This document shows positions 10,351 to 19,543 of a stretch of DNA of 64,000 nt, piece by piece; position 1 is the first letter of the stretch, and every line of letters begins with the position of its first letter. Below the pieces are notes generated by a model. It was not told where the DNA came from, made no database searches, and was given only the letters and a program-made list of their open reading frames with translations. Made by a program: the position numbers and the translations under genes. The stretch covers positions 26,367 to 90,366 of the forward strand of contig JADHVF010000001.1 of the NCBI GenBank assembly GCA_016784145.1, given 5' to 3'. The DNA comes from Patescibacteria group bacterium. GTDB lineage: Bacteria > Patescibacteriota > Patescibacteriia > UBA2591 > UBA6264.

Positions 10351-11008
10351 CCCTAAAATGCAACATAATTTTAAATCGTTCAAGATATATATTTTGGGAG
10401 TATTTTGTTTATTGATATTTTTTTTGTCCATGTGGTTACCAACAGCAGAGATAGTTTTAACTACTTTCCCGGAACCATTAATTGCTGATTTTAGAATAAA
10501 GTTAAATGCTAGCGTGAATGATATTTTTTTTAACTTAGAAACTATTCCGGCTGAAGTTGTGTCTCTCAATCAATTTAACAAACAAGAGGATAGCAGGTTT
10601 ATTAATGGATTGATTGATGAGGATAACAGAAATATAATTATTTTTAAAGAGGATGATTTATTAAAATTCGTGGATTATAAAATAAAAGATATCTCAAAGG
10701 GCTCTTTGACTAACAAAAACATTATTTCAATTAATCCTGATAAGTGGCAAGTAGAAGTATTGAAAAAAGATTTTATTAATAAAAATGCGTTGATAAGCTT
10801 AAAAATAAATGAACAGGTTGTTAGAGATTATGATTATAATTCTTTAAGAGGTAAGATTGTTTCAAAAAAAATTAATCAAGCCAAAATAGAAATTAAAAAA
10901 TATTTAATAGTAGAAGACATTGTTATTAATGTTTGGCCTGGCTTTAAAAAACAAATGCCAATGTTCGAGAATAGAATGAAAATTAAAGTAAAACATAATA
11001 TAAATTAG
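10343..11008 (+). CDS. Hypothetical membrane-anchored protein; C-terminus resembles CPR 'baseplate J/gp47-like' proteins
   Basis: N-terminal TM followed by LPTAEI; C-terminal INVWPGFKKQMP...RMKIKV. Family resemblance is from memory only. Confidence 0.45.
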   Translation: MSDPKMQHNFKSFKIYILGVFCLLIFFLSMWLPTAEIVLTTFPEPLIADFRIKLNASVNDIFFNLETIPAEVVSLNQFNKQEDSRFINGLIDEDNRNIIIFKEDDLLKFVDYKIKDISKGSLTNKNIISINPDKWQVEVLKKDFINKNALISLKINEQVVRDYDYNSLRGKIVSKKINQAKIEIKKYLIVEDIVINVWPGFKKQMPMFENRMKIKVKHNIN

Positions 11009-11028
11009 AGTTTTGTTTATAAAAAACC

Positions 11029-11057
11029 TTGACACTTTAAATATAAAAATGTAAAAT
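11029..11057 (+). promoter_or_regulatory. sigma70-type promoter of the infA/alpha operon
   Basis: TTGACA-N17-TAAAAT. Confidence 0.65.
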
Positions 11058-11070
11058 ATTAATTACATTT

Positions 11071-11301
11071 ATGTCTAATAACAAAAATTTATCAAAAGAC
11101 TTTATTATAATAGAAGGAGAAGTTGAAGAGTTATTACCTTCAGCCACTTTTAAGATAAGGCTTGATAATGATAAAACTATTCTAGCTCACTTGTCAGGGA
11201 AAATGAGAATACATAGAATAAGAATTTCTCCAGGTGACAAAGTAAAGCTCGAAGTAAGTCCTTATGATACATCTAAAGGAAGGATAGTTTATAGGTTTTA
11301 A
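11071..11301 (+). CDS. infA: Translation initiation factor IF-1
   Basis: [24 protein letters not shown]. Confidence 0.97.
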   Translation: MSNNKNLSKDFIIIEGEVEELLPSATFKIRLDNDKTILAHLSGKMRIHRIRISPGDKVKLEVSPYDTSKGRIVYRF

Positions 11302-11312
11302 TTTAAATTTTT

Positions 11313-11426
11313 ATGAAAGTACGTTCTTCAGTAAAAAAAATATGTCAATCGTGTAAAGTAATCCGAAGGAAAGGGAGGGTTCGTGTTATTTGTAAAAATC
11401 CAAAACATAAACAAAGACAAGGGTAA
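11313..11426 (+). CDS. rpmJ: 50S ribosomal protein L36 (absent from the ORF track)
   Basis: Translated by hand: [37 protein letters not shown]. Confidence 0.97.
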   Translation: MKVRSSVKKICQSCKVIRRKGRVRVICKNPKHKQRQG

Positions 11427-11438
11427 GCATTATTATTT

Positions 11439-11828
11439 ATGGCAAGAATATCAGGGATTAATTTACCATTAAACAAAAGAGCAGAAATAGGCTTGACCTA
11501 TATTTTTGGGATTGGGAAGAGTACATCAAATAAAATATTAGAAACAGTTAAAATAGATAAAAATAAATTAATAAAAGATTTGTCTGAAGGGGAAGTAGAA
11601 AAAGTTAGGTCTATTATCGAAAAAAATTATAAAGCAGAAGGAGTATTAAAACGACAAATCCTGGACAATATAAAAAGATTAAAACAGATTAATTCTTATA
11701 GAGGCACGAGACATTCAAAGAGGTTGCCAGTTAGAGGGCAAAGAACAAAAACAAATAGCCGGACAATAAGAGGAAATGTTAGAAAAAAAGGAGCTAGTGG
11801 AAAAAAAGCGTCTGGTAAAAAAGTTTAA
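11439..11828 (+). CDS. rpsM: 30S ribosomal protein S13
   Basis: MARISG, LTYIFGIG, LPVRGQRTKTN. Confidence 0.97.
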   Translation: MARISGINLPLNKRAEIGLTYIFGIGKSTSNKILETVKIDKNKLIKDLSEGEVEKVRSIIEKNYKAEGVLKRQILDNIKRLKQINSYRGTRHSKRLPVRGQRTKTNSRTIRGNVRKKGASGKKASGKKV

Positions 11829-11845
11829 AATTGTAAATTTATTTT

Positions 11846-12223
11846 ATGGCAAGTAAGAAAAAAAATATTATTAAAAATATTAGAAAAGGACAGGTTCATA
11901 TTAAAGCAACTTATAATAATACAATTGTTAGTATTACGGATCAGTCAGGAAATGTTGTTGCTTGGGCTAGCGCTGGAAAATTAGGATTTAAGGGCCCTAA
12001 AAAAGCAACTCCATATGCTGCTAGTGTTATTGTTAAACATGCGATTGATAAAGCAAAAGAATATGACTTTAAGGATGCGCAGGTTTTTGTAAAAGGAGTT
12101 GGCATGGGGAGGGAATCAGCCATTCGATCGATTTATGCAAATGGTATTAATATATTATCAATAAAAGATGTTACTTCTATTCCTCACAATGGATGTAGGC
12201 AAAGGAAGCCAAGAAGAGTTTAA
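11846..12223 (+). CDS. rpsK: 30S ribosomal protein S11
   Basis: ATYNNTIV, KKATPYAA, PHNGCR. Confidence 0.97.
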   Translation: MASKKKNIIKNIRKGQVHIKATYNNTIVSITDQSGNVVAWASAGKLGFKGPKKATPYAASVIVKHAIDKAKEYDFKDAQVFVKGVGMGRESAIRSIYANGINILSIKDVTSIPHNGCRQRKPRRV

Positions 12224-12234
12224 TTTTATTTATT

Positions 12235-12867
12235 ATGAAAGCAACCCCAAGATGTAAAATTTGTAGACGAGAAGGCGTAAAACTTTTTTTAAAGGGAGAT
12301 AGGTGCTCAACTTCTAAGTGTTCTTTTGTTAAGAAGAAATATCCACCTGGAATACATGGACCAACCCAACGAATTAGAAGAACAGAGTATGGTATTCAGT
12401 TGAGAGAGAAACAAAAATTAAAAAGATTTTTTGGAATTTCAGAAAAACAATTAAGAAATTATTTTGCCAAGGCACAGAGATTAAAAGGAAATTCAGAAAC
12501 AAATTTTTTAAAATTATTAGAAAAAAGACTAGACAATGTTGTTTATAGGGGTGGGATAGCTAAATCAAGAAGACAAGCAAGACAGATTGTTAGTCACGGG
12601 AATGTTTTAGTGAACGGGATAAGATTAAATATCCCTTCTCATCAAGTAAAGGCTGGAGATTTGATTAAAATTAAAGACAAGCAAGGAGTAGTTAAATTTA
12701 TAAAAGAATCAATTGGCCAAGCTAGTAAAAAAGATCAAGAATCAATCCCGTTATGGCTTAGTTTTGACTCTAAAAAACTAGAAATAAAGGTTTTAAAAGA
12801 AATTTCAGAAGAAAGTTTACCAAAAGAGTTTAATACAGGACTAATCATTTCTTTTTTAAGTAGATAA
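12235..12867 (+). CDS. rpsD: 30S ribosomal protein S4 (Zn-ribbon type)
   Basis: CKICRREG, QLREKQK, LEKRLDNVVYR, ARQIVSHG. Confidence 0.97.
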   Translation: MKATPRCKICRREGVKLFLKGDRCSTSKCSFVKKKYPPGIHGPTQRIRRTEYGIQLREKQKLKRFFGISEKQLRNYFAKAQRLKGNSETNFLKLLEKRLDNVVYRGGIAKSRRQARQIVSHGNVLVNGIRLNIPSHQVKAGDLIKIKDKQGVVKFIKESIGQASKKDQESIPLWLSFDSKKLEIKVLKEISEESLPKEFNTGLIISFLSR

Positions 12868-12885
12868 AAAAAATAATATAATTTT

Positions 12886-13779
12886 ATGGAGAAAAATTTT
12901 TTAGCAAAGAAAATTAAATATACAGAAGATTCAACCAATAAAAATAAAGGATTAATAGAGATAGAGCCATGTTATCCGGGTTATGGAATAACCTGGGGGA
13001 ATGCGATTAGAAGAGTTTTGTTATCATCTCTTGAGGGCTCGGCTGTTACTTGCATAAAAATAAAAGGAACAAAGCATGAATTTTCTGTTATTGATAATAT
13101 AAAAGAAGATGTAATGGAGATTATCTTGAATTTAAAATTATTAAGATTTAAAATTTTAAAAAATCAAGATGAGCCAATCAAATTAACATTATCAGTCAAA
13201 GGAGAAAAAAAAGTTTTAGGAAAGGACATTAATGAATCTTTAAGTGCAGAAGTAGTTAATAAGGATTTAGTGATTGCAAATTTAACAGATAAGCAAGCAA
13301 AATTAGATATAGATATTTGGGTTGAAAAAGGATATGGGTGGGTATCATCAGAAGACAAATCAAGGCAAGGGCTTGATGTTGGTGTGATTGTGGTTGATTC
13401 CATTTTTAGCCCTATTTTAAATGTTGGGTTAAATATAGATGATGTTCGTGTTGGGAAAAGAACAGATTTTGACAAAATTAGTTTACGAATAGAAACAGAT
13501 GGCATTATTAGTCCGATTGATGCTTTTCTTAAGGCATCAAAATTATTATCATCTCAATTTGATTTTTTTATTAATTTGACTAATTCAGAGGACGAGAAGC
13601 CTAAAAAGGTAGTTAAAAAAATTGCTAAGAAAGTCCCTGTTAAGAAAAAAGTTGTTAAAAAAGCAGTTAAGAAAGTCCCTGTTAAGAAAAAAGTTGTTAA
13701 AAAAGCAGTTAAGAAAGTCCCTGTTAAGAAAAAAGTTGTTAAAAAAGCAGTTAAGAAGAAAACAATCAAGAAAAAATAA
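12886..13779 (+). CDS. rpoA: RNA polymerase alpha subunit: NTD plus a Lys-rich repeat tail, no recognisable alpha-CTD
   Basis: EPCYPGYGITWGNAIRRVLLSS, HEFS, VDSIFSP, RVGKRTDFD; lies between rpsD and rplQ. Confidence 0.95.
   Translation: MEKNFLAKKIKYTEDSTNKNKGLIEIEPCYPGYGITWGNAIRRVLLSSLEGSAVTCIKIKGTKHEFSVIDNIKEDVMEIILNLKLLRFKILKNQDEPIKLTLSVKGEKKVLGKDINESLSAEVVNKDLVIANLTDKQAKLDIDIWVEKGYGWVSSEDKSRQGLDVGVIVVDSIFSPILNVGLNIDDVRVGKRTDFDKISLRIETDGIISPIDAFLKASKLLSSQFDFFINLTNSEDEKPKKVVKKIAKKVPVKKKVVKKAVKKVPVKKKVVKKAVKKVPVKKKVVKKAVKKKTIKKK
13627..13752 (+). repeat. Three perfect 42-bp tandem repeats in the rpoA 3' end (KKVPVKKKVVKKAV)
   Basis: aagaaagtccctgttaagaaaaaagttgttaaaaaagcagtt at 13627, 13669 and 13711. 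Confidence 0.95.
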
Positions 13780-13798
13780 AGCGAATTAAGATAATTAT

Positions 13799-14149
13799 AT
13801 GAGACACAGGAAAAAGGGGAAAATTTTAGGAAGAAAATATGCTCAAAGAAAAGCACTATATAGAGATTTAAGCAATGCTTTGATTTTAAATGATAAAATA
13901 AAAACAACAGAAGCTAAAGCAAAGGCAGTTAAGCCTATAGTTGAAAGATTAATAACAAGGGCAAAAGAAAATAGTATTACTAATTATAGAAGAATAAATT
14001 CATTTTTACAGAGTAGGGAATCAACTAAAAAAATTTTAGAAGAAATAGGACCAAAATACAAAACTAGACCAGGTGGGTATTCTAGAATTATTAAAACAGG
14101 TCCAAGAAAAGGAGATAATGCAAAAATGGTAATATTGGAACTTGTTTAA
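13799..14149 (+). CDS. rplQ: 50S ribosomal protein L17
   Basis: MRHRK, IKTTEAKAK, RPGGYSRI, RKGDNA. Confidence 0.97.
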   Translation: MRHRKKGKILGRKYAQRKALYRDLSNALILNDKIKTTEAKAKAVKPIVERLITRAKENSITNYRRINSFLQSRESTKKILEEIGPKYKTRPGGYSRIIKTGPRKGDNAKMVILELV

Positions 14150-14155
14150 AATTAT

Positions 14156-14518
14156 ATGTCAAAAATAAAAATAGATAGAAAAATTCAAAAATTAGACGCC
14201 CGGGGAGAGATTTTAGGAAGATTTGCTAGTCAGATAGCTCAATTGCTTATGGGTAAAGGGAAAGAGAGTTATGTTCCAAATGTTGATGTTGGGGATATTG
14301 TTATTGTTAAAAACATGGATAAGATAAAAGTTACTGGCAATAAATTAAAACAAAAAAAATATTATAGACATAGTGGATATACTGGTAATCTGAAAATAAA
14401 AAAAATGGAAGAAATACTAGAAGAATCTCCTGAAAAATTGTTGGAGTTTGCTGTTTTTAACATGTTGCCTAAAAATAAATTAAGAAAACCAAGAATGAAA
14501 AGATTGCGGTTTGAATAA
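14156..14518 (+). CDS. rplM: 50S ribosomal protein L13
   Basis: LGRFAS, LMGKGK, YYRHSGYTG, MLPKNKL. Confidence 0.95.
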   Translation: MSKIKIDRKIQKLDARGEILGRFASQIAQLLMGKGKESYVPNVDVGDIVIVKNMDKIKVTGNKLKQKKYYRHSGYTGNLKIKKMEEILEESPEKLLEFAVFNMLPKNKLRKPRMKRLRFE

Positions 14519-14545
14519 AATGTTTTTTATTTTTGGAAAATAAGT

Positions 14546-14575
14546 ATTTAGGGGTTTAACCCCTAAATTTTTTTT
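14546..14575 (+). terminator. Hairpin plus T tract after rplM (terminator or REP-like palindrome)
   Basis: atttaggggtt-t-aacccctaaat followed by T7. Confidence 0.65.
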
Positions 14576-14612
14576 ACATTGCTTTAATTAATAAAAATGT
14601 TAATATATATTT

Positions 14613-15116
14613 ATGTTAGAGATAAAAAAATATAATAATTCTTGCTTAAGGGTTAAATGCAAAAAAGTTGAACAGGTTACAGAACAAGTAGAAGTATTTA
14701 CAGAGAAGATGTTAAAAACAATGCATTTAAATGATGGTATTGGGTTATCTGCTCCACAAGTAGGGGATAATAGGAGAATTATTGTTATTGATATAAACCC
14801 GATTATAGGAAAAAAAAATAAAGGGTTGTTTTCTTTGATAAATCCTGAGATAATAAAAACAAGCGAAAAATATATTAAAATAAATGAAGGTTGTTTAAGT
14901 TTGCCAGGGGTAAATTTAAAGATTAAAAGACATAAAACAATCAAAGTAAAGGCATACTCAGTAAAACATAAAAAAGAAATTATTATACAAGCAAGCGGGT
15001 TGCTTTCAGCTGTTCTACAGCACGAAATTGATCACCTGGATGGAGTTTTGATTATTGATAGGGTGGGTTTTTTTGCAAAAAGAAAAGCATTAAAAAGAAT
15101 AGATAGTAATTATTGA
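14613..15116 (+). CDS. def: Peptide deformylase
   Basis: GIGLSAPQVG, EGCLS, QHEIDHLDG. Confidence 0.97.
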   Translation: MLEIKKYNNSCLRVKCKKVEQVTEQVEVFTEKMLKTMHLNDGIGLSAPQVGDNRRIIVIDINPIIGKKNKGLFSLINPEIIKTSEKYIKINEGCLSLPGVNLKIKRHKTIKVKAYSVKHKKEIIIQASGLLSAVLQHEIDHLDGVLIIDRVGFFAKRKALKRIDSNY

Positions 15117-15234
15117 TTACTAATTATTGATTATTGATTACTGATTATTGATTACTAATTATTGATTACTGATTATTGATTACTAATTATTGATTACTAA
15201 TTATTGATTATTGATTACTAATTATTGATTACTA
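15109..15234. repeat. Heptamer tandem array (ATTAYTR), 18 units
   Basis: Units ATTATTG/ATTACTA/ATTACTG counted by hand; the def stop codon lies inside the array. Confidence 0.95.
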
Positions 15235-15259
15235 ACACATGGGAGTGAGGCCCGATTAA

Positions 15260-15334
15260 GCGGGAGTAGTTCAGTGGTAGAATGTCTGCTTCCCAAGCAG
15301 AAGATCGCGGGTTCGATCCCCGTCTCCCGCTCCA
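15260..15334 (+). tRNA. tRNA-Gly(CCC)
   Basis: Acceptor stem GCGGGAG/CTCCCGC, anticodon arm TCTGC-TTCCCAA-GCAGA, T-loop GTTCGAT, encoded CCA. Confidence 0.95.
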
Positions 15335-15345
15335 GCAAGATAATG

Positions 15346-15408
15346 ATTAGTAATTATTAATTACTAATTATTAATTATTGATTACTAATTATTGATTATT
15401 CGTCACTA
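15346..15408. repeat. Second heptamer array (about 8-9 degenerate units)
   Basis: ATTATTA/ATTACTA/ATTATTG units between the two tRNAs. Confidence 0.85.
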
Positions 15409-15452
15409 ATATACAGGGGCCAGACCCCTTTAAGCGGGGATTAACCCTTTAG

Positions 15453-15524
15453 GCCGATGTAGCTCAGTGGTAGAGCAATCCTCTCGTAAAGGATAGGTCG
15501 TCGGTTCAACTCCGACCATCGGCT
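15453..15524 (+). tRNA. tRNA-Thr(CGT)
   Basis: GCCGATG/CATCGGC acceptor, ATCCT-CTCGTAA-AGGAT anticodon arm, GTTCAA; no encoded CCA. Confidence 0.95.
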
Positions 15525-15540
15525 TTGTTAAAAAATATTT

Positions 15541-16224
15541 ATGATAAAATTCGTTAATGTAAGTAAATTTTATAAACCAGACACATATGCTTTAAAAGAT
15601 GTTTCTTTTTTAGTAAAACCATTGGAATTTGTTTCTGTGGTTGGACAGTCAGGAGCAGGGAAAAGCACTATATTTAAGTTGTTAATTTCTGAAGAAAAAG
15701 CGACCAGCGGTAAAATTATTATAGGAGATTGGGATATTACAGATATTAGACCAAATGAAATACCAGTATTGAGAAAACAAATTGGGGTTGTTTTCCAAGA
15801 TTTTAAATTATTACCCAGAAGAACAGTTTATGAAAATATTGCTTTTGCGTTGAGTATAATATCTACTCCTAAGAAAAAAATTCCAACCATTGTTGGCCAG
15901 GTTTTAAAAATAGTTGGTATTGAGAGCAAGCAAGATCTTTTTCCGGAAAATCTTTCATCTGGAGAAGCTCAAAGAGTTGCTATTGCTAGAGCATTAGCTC
16001 ATCACCCAAAAATACTTATTGCTGATGAGCCAACAGGGAATCTTGATCCCATTACAACTAGAAGTATAGTTGAATTATTTGCAAAGATAAATAAACTTGG
16101 AACAACAATTTTGTTAGTTACTCATAATAGGGAAGTAGTTAATTTTTTAGGGAAAAGAGTGATTACATTAGACCGAGGGAATATTATCAGTGATCAGATT
16201 AATCATGGAAGATATGTTATATAG
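15541..16224 (+). CDS. ftsE: Cell division ATP-binding protein FtsE
   Basis: GQSGAGKST, IGVVFQDFKLL, LSSGEAQRVAIARA, ADEPTGNLD. Confidence 0.88.
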   Translation: MIKFVNVSKFYKPDTYALKDVSFLVKPLEFVSVVGQSGAGKSTIFKLLISEEKATSGKIIIGDWDITDIRPNEIPVLRKQIGVVFQDFKLLPRRTVYENIAFALSIISTPKKKIPTIVGQVLKIVGIESKQDLFPENLSSGEAQRVAIARALAHHPKILIADEPTGNLDPITTRSIVELFAKINKLGTTILLVTHNREVVNFLGKRVITLDRGNIISDQINHGRYVI

Positions 16225-16307
16225 TTAAAAAAAAGTTTGAAATTTTTAATATTTATGTGTTATAATTATACTAACTATAGTAATAAATAAATTTAAAATA
16301 AAAATTT

Positions 16308-16565
16308 ATGGCAAAAGAAAAACAAATTGGAAAAATTACCCATTATTTTGGAAATATTGGAGTATGTGTGATAGAATTAACAGCCGGGATTAAAATAGGA
16401 GATAAAATTCATATTGTTGGAGGAGAAAGAGATGTTGAGCAGGTTGTTGATTCAATGCAAGTTGAACATGAAAGTATTAAAAAAGCAAAAAAAGGAGATG
16501 CAGTAGGGCTTAAGGTTGATGAAATAGTTAAAAATGGAGATAAGGTTTTTTTAGTTAAAGAATAA
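16308..16565 (+). CDS. Small beta-barrel protein (translation elongation factor-like / U32 C-terminal-like domain)
   Basis: IGKITHYF...GDKI...Q.V.SMQ.EH...A..G..VGLK pattern. Confidence 0.7.
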   Translation: MAKEKQIGKITHYFGNIGVCVIELTAGIKIGDKIHIVGGERDVEQVVDSMQVEHESIKKAKKGDAVGLKVDEIVKNGDKVFLVKE

Positions 16566-16639
16566 TTTATTAAAAATAAAAATTGATAAATTAAAAATTC
16601 TATTAAAATAGAATTAGTATTTTTGTTTCTTATTTTTTT

Positions 16640-16867
16640 ATGTCAGATAAAAAAAATTCATTAGACAAAATATCCATTCCAAGGAATAAATTAATTAACA
16701 TGGGATTAATTATTGTTATTTTTAATCCTTTTCCATCTGGATTAATTTATGGATTTTTTTTATTTAAAAATCCGAAAACAAAAAAATATGGGGAGCTAAT
16801 GATAATTTGCTCACTATTTTGGGGGGCTATTTCTTTGGCTTTGACTCAAAAGTATTTCCCCGGTTAG
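16640..16867 (+). CDS. Hypothetical small membrane protein
   Basis: 75-aa ORF with two hydrophobic segments. Confidence 0.55.
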   Translation: MSDKKNSLDKISIPRNKLINMGLIIVIFNPFPSGLIYGFFLFKNPKTKKYGELMIICSLFWGAISLALTQKYFPG

Positions 16868-16967
16868 ATAAGCAAGGCATCTAAAATAAAGTGATTATAT
16901 AATAACTATTAATTAATGGTTATTATTGTTTTTAGGTTCTCTTATTGATTTTTTTATGTTGTGGTTC

Positions 16968-16995
16968 TTGACAGATTTTTTATTACATTTATAAT
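16968..16995 (+). promoter_or_regulatory. sigma70 promoter of groESL
   Basis: TTGACA-N16-TATAAT directly upstream of the CIRCE element. Confidence 0.75.
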
Positions 16996-17021
16996 TAGCA
17001 CTAGGCATGTTAGAGTGCTAA
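16995..17021 (+). promoter_or_regulatory. CIRCE element (HrcA operator)
   Basis: TTAGCACTa-N9-GAGTGCTAA, one mismatch to consensus, upstream of groES. Confidence 0.93.
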
Positions 17022-17061
17022 AAGGTCAAATAAAAATAAAATAAATTAATTATTAAAAATT

Positions 17062-17355
17062 ATGACTAAAATTAAACCATTAGGAAGTCGGTTAATAGTT
17101 AAGCCGATTATTAAAAATGATGTAACTGAATCAGGTATTATTTTACCTGAGACCATGGACAAGGAAAAGCCAATTATGGGAGAAGTTGTTTCCATTGGGA
17201 GTGGCAAAGTACTTGATAATGGTCAAAGAGAGACAATTGATTTAAAGGTCGGCGACAAAATTTTGTTTGAAAAGTATGGGTCAGATGAATACAAAATAGA
17301 TGATCAAGAATTTTTAGTTGTTGATTATGACAGAGTGGTTGCAATTATAAATTAA
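17062..17355 (+). CDS. groES: Co-chaperonin GroES
   Basis: IKPLGSRL, TESGIILP, KVGDKILF. Confidence 0.97.
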   Translation: MTKIKPLGSRLIVKPIIKNDVTESGIILPETMDKEKPIMGEVVSIGSGKVLDNGQRETIDLKVGDKILFEKYGSDEYKIDDQEFLVVDYDRVVAIIN

Positions 17356-17382
17356 AAAATTATAAATTAAAATAAACTATAT

Positions 17383-19035
17383 ATGGCAAAACAAATTTTA
17401 TTTAATGAAAAAGCCAGAGAGGCTTTAAAAAAAGGTGTAGATAAATTGACTAATGCAGTCAAAGTAACGCTTGGTCCTATCGGTAGAAATGTTGCTATAG
17501 ATAAAGGGTTTGGGTCTCCAACCCTAACAAATGACGGAGTAACAGTAGCTAGGGAGATTGAATTAAAAGATAAATTTGAAAATGTTGGAGCTCAATTGCT
17601 TCAAGAAGTTGCTTCAAAGACCAATGATATTGCTGGAGACGGGACTACAACAGCTGTGTTGTTAGCTCAATCTATTATTAAAGTTGGGTTAAAAAATGTT
17701 ACTGCTGGATCAAATCCATTAATGATTAAAAGAGGAATTGATAAGGGAGTAAAAGCAGTTATTAAAGAATTAAAAGATAATATTGCGGGACCTGTCAAAA
17801 CAAAAGAAAGGATTAGACAGGTTGCTTCTATTTCTGCAAATGATGAAGAAATAGGAAAAGTTATTTCAGAGGCAATGGAGTCTGTTGGCAAAGATGGAGT
17901 AATTACTGTTGAGGAGTCACAATCTTTTGGCATGGAGCTTGATATTACAGAAGGGATGCAGTTTGATAGTGGATATGAATCTCCTTATATGGTGACTAAT
18001 GCAGATAAAATGTCGGCTGAGTATAAAGATTCATTAATTCTTTTAACAGATAAAAAAATCTCAGTTTTAAGTGAGATATTGCCTTTAATGGAAAAAATGG
18101 CTCAAGCAGGAAAAAAAGATTTAGTTATTATAGCTGACGAAATTGAAGGAGAAGCATTAGCAACATTTGTTGTTAATAAAATAAGAGGAGCGTTTAATGT
18201 TTTAGCTGTTAAGGCGCCTGGTTTTGGAGACAGGAAAAAAGAAATGTTGAAAGATTTGTCAATTTTGACTGGCGGAAAAGTTATTTCAGAAGAACTCGGC
18301 ATAAAATTAGAAAACATTGGGTTAAAAGATCTAGGCAAGGCAAGGAGAGTCATTTCTACTAAAGATTTTACTACGATTGTAGATGGCGCTGGCAGTAAAA
18401 AAGATATAGAAGATAGAATTACTAACATTAAAAAACAAATAGAGTTAAATTCTTCAGAGTTTGATAAGGAAAAATTACAAGAAAGATTAGCCAGAATGGC
18501 AGGAGGAGTAGCTATTATTAAAGTTGGAGCTGTGACAGAAACAGAGATGAAAGAAAAAAAATTCAAGGTTGAAGATGCTGTCAACGCTACTAAGGCTGCT
18601 GTTGAAGAAGGAGTTGTAGTTGGAGGAGGAGTGGCTTTAATTCGTTGTTTACCTTGTTTAGATAATGTGCGTGTTTTTGGGGACGAAAGAATTGGTATAA
18701 AAATATTAAAAAGAGCATTAGAAGAGCCATTAAGGCAAATAGCTGATAATTCAGGTAAAGATGGTGGAGTTATTTCAGAAAAGGTTAAAAAAAATCAGGG
18801 AAATTATGGATATAATGCACATACAAACAAGTTTGAAGATTTGGTGGAAACAGGTGTTATTGACCCAACCAAAGTAACCAGAACAGCATTGGAAAATGCA
18901 GCTTCTATTGCTTCGTTATTTTTAACAACAGAAGCAATTATAACTGATGAACCAGCTGAGGAAGGAAATACTTGTGGCACTTCCCCTGCTTCTGCAGGAG
19001 GAGGAATGCCAGGCATGATGCCAGGCATGATGTAA
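17383..19035 (+). CDS. groEL: Chaperonin GroEL
   Basis: VKVTLGP, TNDGVT, GDGTTTA, KAPGFGD, GGMPGMM tail. Confidence 0.98.
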   Translation: MAKQILFNEKAREALKKGVDKLTNAVKVTLGPIGRNVAIDKGFGSPTLTNDGVTVAREIELKDKFENVGAQLLQEVASKTNDIAGDGTTTAVLLAQSIIKVGLKNVTAGSNPLMIKRGIDKGVKAVIKELKDNIAGPVKTKERIRQVASISANDEEIGKVISEAMESVGKDGVITVEESQSFGMELDITEGMQFDSGYESPYMVTNADKMSAEYKDSLILLTDKKISVLSEILPLMEKMAQAGKKDLVIIADEIEGEALATFVVNKIRGAFNVLAVKAPGFGDRKKEMLKDLSILTGGKVISEELGIKLENIGLKDLGKARRVISTKDFTTIVDGAGSKKDIEDRITNIKKQIELNSSEFDKEKLQERLARMAGGVAIIKVGAVTETEMKEKKFKVEDAVNATKAAVEEGVVVGGGVALIRCLPCLDNVRVFGDERIGIKILKRALEEPLRQIADNSGKDGGVISEKVKKNQGNYGYNAHTNKFEDLVETGVIDPTKVTRTALENAASIASLFLTTEAIITDEPAEEGNTCGTSPASAGGGMPGMMPGMM

Positions 19036-19056
19036 ATTAGATAAATTATTCTAAAG

Positions 19057-19090
19057 AAGAGGACTTAATTTCTTTTAGGTCCTCTTTTTT
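19057..19090 (+). terminator. Intrinsic terminator after groEL
   Basis: aagaggactta...taggtcctctttttt. Confidence 0.7.
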
Positions 19091-19153
19091 ATCTTGTTAT
19101 ATTTTTGTATAATGTTATAATTTGTTATAATATAAAATATAATTTATAGATTT

Positions 19154-19543
19154 ATGACCCTTAAAAGATATCTCAATTTAATGGTAATATTAACAATTAT
19201 TTGCTGGGCTTTATGTCTTTTAGTGCTTGTATTTATTAATCCATGGAAAACAGGATTAAATGGATATGTGCTTTTTTATGCAAGTTTATTTTTGGCAATA
19301 ATTGGCACATTGGCTTTATTGGGATTTGTTATAAGGGCAAAAATTGGAAAGAAAAAGCCAGTATTTAAACAAGTGGAAGTGTCTTTTAGGCAGGCAATTT
19401 GGACATCTTTTTTAATTATTGGTGTTTTAATTCTGTTGAGTTTAAGGATTTTAAGATGGTGGAATTTTTTATTTATGATTTTATTTTTTATAGCTTTGGA
19501 GCTTTTTTTCCTCACTTCTAGTAAAAAATATAAATATGATTAA
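19154..19543 (+). CDS. Hypothetical 4-TM membrane protein
   Basis: Four hydrophobic helices with an SFRQ motif; coupled to the pheS start. Confidence 0.7.
   Translation: MTLKRYLNLMVILTIICWALCLLVLVFINPWKTGLNGYVLFYASLFLAIIGTLALLGFVIRAKIGKKKPVFKQVEVSFRQAIWTSFLIIGVLILLSLRILRWWNFLFMILFFIALELFFLTSSKKYKYD

Noticed and set aside
10343-11008. Prophage, suggested by the baseplate-like protein
   Set aside because: No other phage genes or integrase; the gene sits among core genes.
13164-13907. Minus-strand ORFs with FLTAFLTT repeats
   Set aside because: Antisense reading of rpoA and its Lys-rich tail.
17667-19028. Minus-strand ORFs inside groEL, and similar ORFs inside gyrB, pheT, acs, the PMM gene and copA
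   Set aside because: They fully overlap well-supported housekeeping genes on the opposite strand and have no motifs of their own.
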